Assembly (NCBI RefSeq): GCF_000143415.4
Contig: NW_003314305.1
Location: forward strand, 1,336,834 to 1,400,833
Direction: 5' to 3'
From: Selaginella moellendorffii
Lineage: Eukaryota > Plantae > Lycopodiophyta
Length of the DNA stretch: 64,000 nucleotides
The notes under the pieces were generated by a model. The model was not told the origin of the DNA. It was given only the letters and a program-made list of their open reading frames with translations, and searched no databases. Shown piece by piece: positions 58,670-64,000 of the stretch. Every line of letters begins with the position of its first letter. Positions within the stretch are counted from its first letter, which is position 1. The translations under genes and the position numbers were made by a program.

Positions 58670-58990
58670 CCTCGTCTACACAAATGAATTGATGCACTTG
58701 GTTGGCTCTATGGAAAACAACTTACGAGTGTCTTTCCAGTACTTTACATATGAAGAAGTTTTAAGCCCCAATTATAGTTGAAATGGTTGCTTCAAACCAA
58801 ATTTTATGCTGTGTATGGTAAATACCTCCTTGGGCATCATTCAAATTAAGGTGGCCAACCAAAGAATGGGCTTTAATCGTTATGGACCAATCCACCACAC
58901 AACACCTGTGGGCCGATTCCTCTTGTGCATAGCTTGCGGGCTGATTCCTCCCAAAAAGCGGAAGTTCATGGAGCGAATCAGCAAACCAAG
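58670..58990 (-). pseudogene. Heavily decayed P450 5' remnant downstream of the intact CYP
   Basis: Patchy collinear similarity to 60222-60610 (GATGCACTTGG, GTCTTTCCAGT, AACCAAATTT, GGGCATCATTC, GAACCAAGA-like). Confidence 0.5.
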
Positions 58991-59127
58991 AGATCCCAAC
59001 TGCTTGGAGTTCAATTGTCAAATGTGTCTTTTATGCTGATTCCTAGAGCATCATCTTTAATGCGGTAGTCATATTCAAAAGCTCCTAAGTAAACATTTTA
59101 AAATAGAAATATATCCACGTTTTACAT

Positions 59128-60643
59128 TTACATGATCATGTTCTTGTAGATGTCCATACGTAACCTTGGAGTGGCCATGGCTTGCAGTGGAGTCTTGAGG
59201 TAGCAAGAACTATTGAAAACCTCTTCCATGGACGGTGTCGTCCCCGGTACAAAGTTCCAGTCAAAGCCGTGAATTAGATTTGCCACGAGCAGCTCCACTG
59301 TTCGCAATCCCAGGGACATTCCCGGACACTTTCTCCGCCCGGCTCCAAATGGGAGCAGCTCAAAGTTTTGGCCTTTGACATCGATGGAGCTCCCCAAGAA
59401 GCGCTCCGGCTGGAATTGTGTGGGATTCTCCCACACTTCCGGGTCCATGTGCACGGCCCAAGCATTCACCAGGAGAGTGGTCCCTTTTGGAACGTGATAG
59501 CCGGCAACTGTGACGTCCTGGGTAGACATGCGTGGGAAAAGTAGCACTCCTGGAGGATAGCACCTAAATGTCTCCTTGAGGACAAGCTGGAGATAGTCGA
59601 GCTTTGGGAGGTCGGATTCTTGGACCATCCGGTTGCCGCCTACGACTCTGTCAAGCTCCTGCTGGAGCTTGATCAAAACCCGAGGATTGTGCATCACCGA
59701 GGCCATGAGCCACTCGCTTGTGGTGGCAGAAGTATCGGTTCCAGCGACAAGCATCTCCTGGAATGAAATTTATGGCAATCACAAAGTATAGAAGAACTCT
59801 TACCAAAAGATTTGCCTTTATGTGTGTTTCCCCCTGGACATTTGTTCCGTAGAACTCGAGCATGATATCAAGGAAGTCCTTGCATTCCCGTGTTGTCTCC
59901 TTGTGCTCGTCAATTATCTTTTGTAAGAAGTTGTCTTGCTTGGCATGGATTCGCTTGTAGCGAGGGATCTGCCAGTCTAGCCATCTCAAGTACCAAGGCA
60001 CCAAGTTGCTAACACAGGGATTCATCACCAGGTCAACAACAGAGCTCAGCATCTCCTTAAACTCTACAGCATCTCTGTCTACTTCGTCGTCACCAAAATA
60101 CCTCTTGCTCATCAAAATCCTGGACATATTGTTGAAAGCAAAATTGGATAGTAACGCCCTCATCTTCACTGGCTTGCTGCCGCCGAGAATCACTCGCAAG
60201 GCATGAGAGAGCTCCTCCTTTCTCATCCACGCGAAGGAATCTATGCACTTGGCTGTGAAAAGCTCTATAGTACACAGCTTGCGAGAGTCTCTCCAGTGCT
60301 TCCCATATGGACAAGTCCCAAGTCCCGAATAGTTGTAGCTGAAATGCTCGCCTAAAACCATGTATGGCCTGGAACCAAAATTCACGTCGTGTGTTGTAAA
60401 GACTTCCTTGACAAGCTCCTGGCTAGAGATAACCACGGTGGGCATCATTCCCAGCCTCAAGAATACAACGGGGCCATACTTTTTGGAGATATATTGTAAT
60501 CCCTTATGTGGGAGTGTTCCTGCCAATAAATGAAGGTGGCCGATCAGAGGCAGTCCCCATGGGCCTGGGGGGACGTTTTTGTGAGATTTGTAACTCCATG
60601 AGAGAACCAAGAAGAGAATTAACGCCACAAAGAGGATATACAT
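59128..60643 (-). CDS. Cytochrome P450, A-type / CYP71 clan (489 aa; exons 60643-59804, 59757-59128)
   Basis: N-terminal membrane anchor, PPGPWGLPLIGHLHLL, AGTDTS I-helix, ETFR, PERF, PFGAGRRKCPG heme motif; single 46-nt phase-0 intron just before the I-helix motif. Confidence 0.93.
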
Positions 60644-60754
60644 CGGTAGCCTATGAAAGCAAAAATTGTCCAACCTTTATTTTGCAGTGCGTGGTTTTTT
60701 TCTCCGCCACGTTGTTCTAAGTGGACTTTCTGAACATAAGAAAGATCAGATCTG

Positions 60755-61225
60755 TGCCTCAACAAATCTTCACGGCATCCTCCAAAGGAGGACTTGTCAT
60801 CAACATTTATTGGCAGTGGAAAGTGCTCATCCAGACTTTGAATTTTGGTGGTGGTTCACAATTTTTGACGAATAGGGGACAAATTGGACTCCCAGTTCCA
60901 GGCTCTAGATATATGCATCCAGCCTTCAGCACATGGCAATTGGAGCATTCGTCTAAAGTGACAACATCATCACTTGGAGATGATGTTGTCATCATGACAA
61001 AGCATGACAAAGCATTCATGACAAAGCATTCATTGAAATGAACAATATTTAAATCATACAAACATTACACTATACAAAGATTGCCTAACATTTCTGGGTG
61101 ACAAATTTTTTTCCAGTGTATTACAATTTTCTAAAATCCTCCACCTGGAATAACACAAAAGGTTAAGACTGGGACAAAGAAGACCTTTAGCTTGCCAACT
61201 TTGTTCCAATCGAAGGCAAGCAACA
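60755..61225 (-). pseudogene. Degenerate older Pin-II-like paralog immediately upstream of the CYP
   Basis: VVTLDECSNCHVLKAGCIYLEPGTGSPICP..CEPPPKFKV; signal-like exon ..KVFFVPVLTFCVIP-G|GT; frame broken. Confidence 0.7.
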
Positions 61226-62247
61226 CATTGGTGGGGAATCATCATTGGCAGTGGATCAAAGTTTCCACTACCCAGCACCATTACGAGGACAATGGCATGT
61301 CAAGCGACTCTCGTATCTTTCATCTTCAGCAACTCCATCAAGTGCTCTTGGGTCTTCAGATGGAATGGAAAATCTGCATGTATAAAAGAAGATAAGTTCT
61401 ATCGAGAAGAGACGGAGACCTGTATAAAGGCTTTGTTTGATCTTTGATGCATATATAGGTGCAAGCGTTCCCGGTGGAAGAGTGTTCCAAGGAAGATACA
61501 TCAACGTTGATGGTGAGGTAATCGATCACGGAGGAACTGTCAACGTGAGTTCTTTCTTATCGTCTTCATTTTTTTGTTCGTGCTAGCTGCAAATGCTACC
61601 CGCAACCTGGAATTGTCAACAGGCATGCATACGATCAGTGTACACAGATATGTTTGGTTCTTTTTTCTTTCCTGGCGCGAATTTGTTGTTTAACGTACTT
61701 ATGACGAGCAGCGACTGAAAGTTTGCAGCATTCATGTCCAGCTTGTGGCGGAATATACATAGCTGGCCAGTGCCAGGAAAGCTTCGAGTGAGACATACGT
61801 GAGATTCTTGCATTCCACCGCTTTATTCTCCTAAGCCGGCCAATGAGCTTGAGTCCCGGAGAACAATGAGATCCAGAAGACCATATGCAAACTGCTATGG
61901 ACGTAAGGGAACGCGAAATCTTAAGTGTGACCTTGGAGTCGGGATTACCCCAAGGAACGTTTTGCAGCAAAACCATCACGAATGCTCCCTCCATCACTCC
62001 AGTCGACGAGGATACCGGTTAAGCGTAAACCTTGCGTAACTCCCTCTAAGCCAAAACGCACCTCGACAAAAATGCAAAAAAACTCCATCGTACTGCGCGA
62101 TATTATCTCTCTCACATGAAGCTGGTGAAACAGAGAAAGTTTTATGTCACGCAGAAACAAAAAAAACCTTCTCTGTGAATCCATGAATGTCGGTGCTGAT
62201 CCCATGGCCGTCATTTTAACACACCCGAGGAACTGAAAGACCAAGCA

Positions 62248-64000
62248 GGAGCTGTGCAGCTTACATAGTTTGCTCGGAAGGGCAAGCTACCAATGCTTCA
62301 CTTAATAGATCCACAATAAATCGAAGTGATCTATTATAAGGCAAGGAAACTTTGTGGCCAGCACATCGCTAACGAATTCAGTAACCAGAAAAATAAAGTT
62401 TCCACTACCTCGAAATTGCGATGTCTTTGTCGATCCTCATTACGAGGACCATGGCATTGTGAAGCGACTCTTTCGTGCTCATAAGCTTCATCAAGGTTTT
62501 CCAAGCAGCCGGTAGTCATGTAACTTCAGAGGGTCTTCAGATGGAATGGAAGAACTACACTTAACAAAAGAAGGAAAGAGGTTTCTATCCAAAATAGACA
62601 GAGACCTGTAAGGAAGGGACGTGCAAGGCTTCACTCGTGTACATTCCGCCACAAGCTTAGCACCTGGAATGAATGCTCCGCTGCTCGTAAGAGGTACATT
62701 ATAAAAAAATCGCAGCGTGCTACGCGAATAGAACAGAACCAGAAAGACCTGGAAAGCTGCACTGATCGTATGTATCCCCACAGCAGCACGAAAAATAAAT
62801 GAAAGCGAAAAAAGATTTCTTTATCGCAGCCTGGAATTGAGACATTTGCATCGTACCACTGCTCTCAGCTATCAAATCCTCGTCACAACCCCACCATCAA
62901 CATCGATGTATCCTACTTGGAACCGTCTTCCACCGGGAACACTTTCACCTATGCATAAAAAGTCTTACGCTCTTCTTATAAGCTTTTCGAGCGACTTACT
63001 TTGACATACATGAGATACTTGGATTCCACCGCTTTCCCTTGCTGTATGCTTGTAAGCAGGGCGATGAACTTGCAGTCCCGGATAGAAATTCGTCTGCAAA
63101 CTGCTATGAAAAGACAACGAGATCTTAGAGTGTGTACCTTGGACTCGGGGAACGGAGTTGAAGCCTTCACTAGCCCAAGAGATGCATTGTGCTCGAGTCT
63201 CTTGAGAACCATGTTGATCCAACACTTAAGTCTGTCCAGATTTCAGCCGTCTCGGAGTCCCATTTCATCGCCTTAGAAAAGCGTTTAAGACTGGCGTGCC
63301 TCTGCTGGAACTGCCACCTTACTGTTTCCTAAAGACTAGCGTTTCACCAGTCGATGGGAGGCTGGAGACGCAATTGTCCCGAAAGTCTGTAATGACGTTT
63401 AATTCTCGTTACAGAGATGGCATGGCTAAATCCTTGTTAGATGCTGCCGGGAGCCTTGCAATGCTCACAACGCTATAATACACGGTGATTCGCTTTGCTT
63501 CTTGGCCTGGTCTCTGATGGGACTTAAGCAATACTATGCATTGACACTTCCTTTGGCAAACAAGCGGAGAGTGTGTACCTTAAACTCGGGCGGAGTTAAA
63601 GTCCACTCCTATGTCCTTGTATCCAGGCGCTGGAACGTAGGCAAAGACACCGAAAGTGTAGCTCTGGAGTTGGTGGCTTATTTGAGCTTCTTGAAAACTG
63701 GATTCAATGTTGGACAAATTCTGAAACATAGCCAGCACTGTTTTCATTCATTCATTCATTAATTGTTTATAAGGTCTTGCAGCGCCCACCAAGAAAACAT
63801 GAGACCAACGGATTATAGTAAGGTGTTTTGATGATTTTATTTTAATGAAGATGCAACCCTCCAAATAAAGGACTGCTGTAGAATATTCCGGGAGTAAGTC
63901 ACTTTTGGATGCAGCCCTCCAAATAAAGGATTGCTGTCCCAGGCATTGTTTTAGGTCGAGGTCGCGATGGAGGCGATTGCCAGGCAGATGATGGAAGCCA
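62248..64000. repeat. Right arm of an inverted repeat whose left arm is ~52416-54099 (extends past window end)
   Basis: 63961-64000 is the reverse complement of ~52416-52455; ORFs 52654-52995(-) and 63502-63762(+) are identical over their overlap except L>P. Confidence 0.9.

Noticed and set aside
60644-60673. ORF-track start of the P450 at 60673
   Set aside because: It is a TTG; the ATG at 60643 directly precedes the membrane anchor.

Overview
Compact plant nuclear DNA with very short GT-AG introns (~45-70 nt) and tiny intergenic spaces, most consistent with a lycophyte such as Selaginella (inferred from gene style only). Bases ~0.4-40.5 kb are a five-unit tandem segmental amplification of a block [SHPRH E3/SNF2 helicase (+) - intronless PPR-SMR gene (+) - secreted 24-Cys protein (-) - spacer - PPR-derived fragment]. 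Only the first SHPRH and first PPR-SMR copy are intact, while all five Cys-rich genes are intact. I read these as multi-domain potato type II (Pin-II/I20) proteinase inhibitors with variable reactive-site loops and shuffled domains. Bases ~41-64 kb are a rearranged mosaic with several kb-scale inverted repeats. It holds a long chimeric ORF (tandem PPR N-terminal repeats fused to a 20S-proteasome-beta-like Ntn domain), an AT-rich PIF1-helicase + AP-endonuclease (Helentron/Helitron2-type) fragment with an empty site elsewhere in the window, an intact CYP71-clan P450 with remnants, and older Pin-II pseudogenes. All homology calls come from motif recognition by eye; no searches were run.
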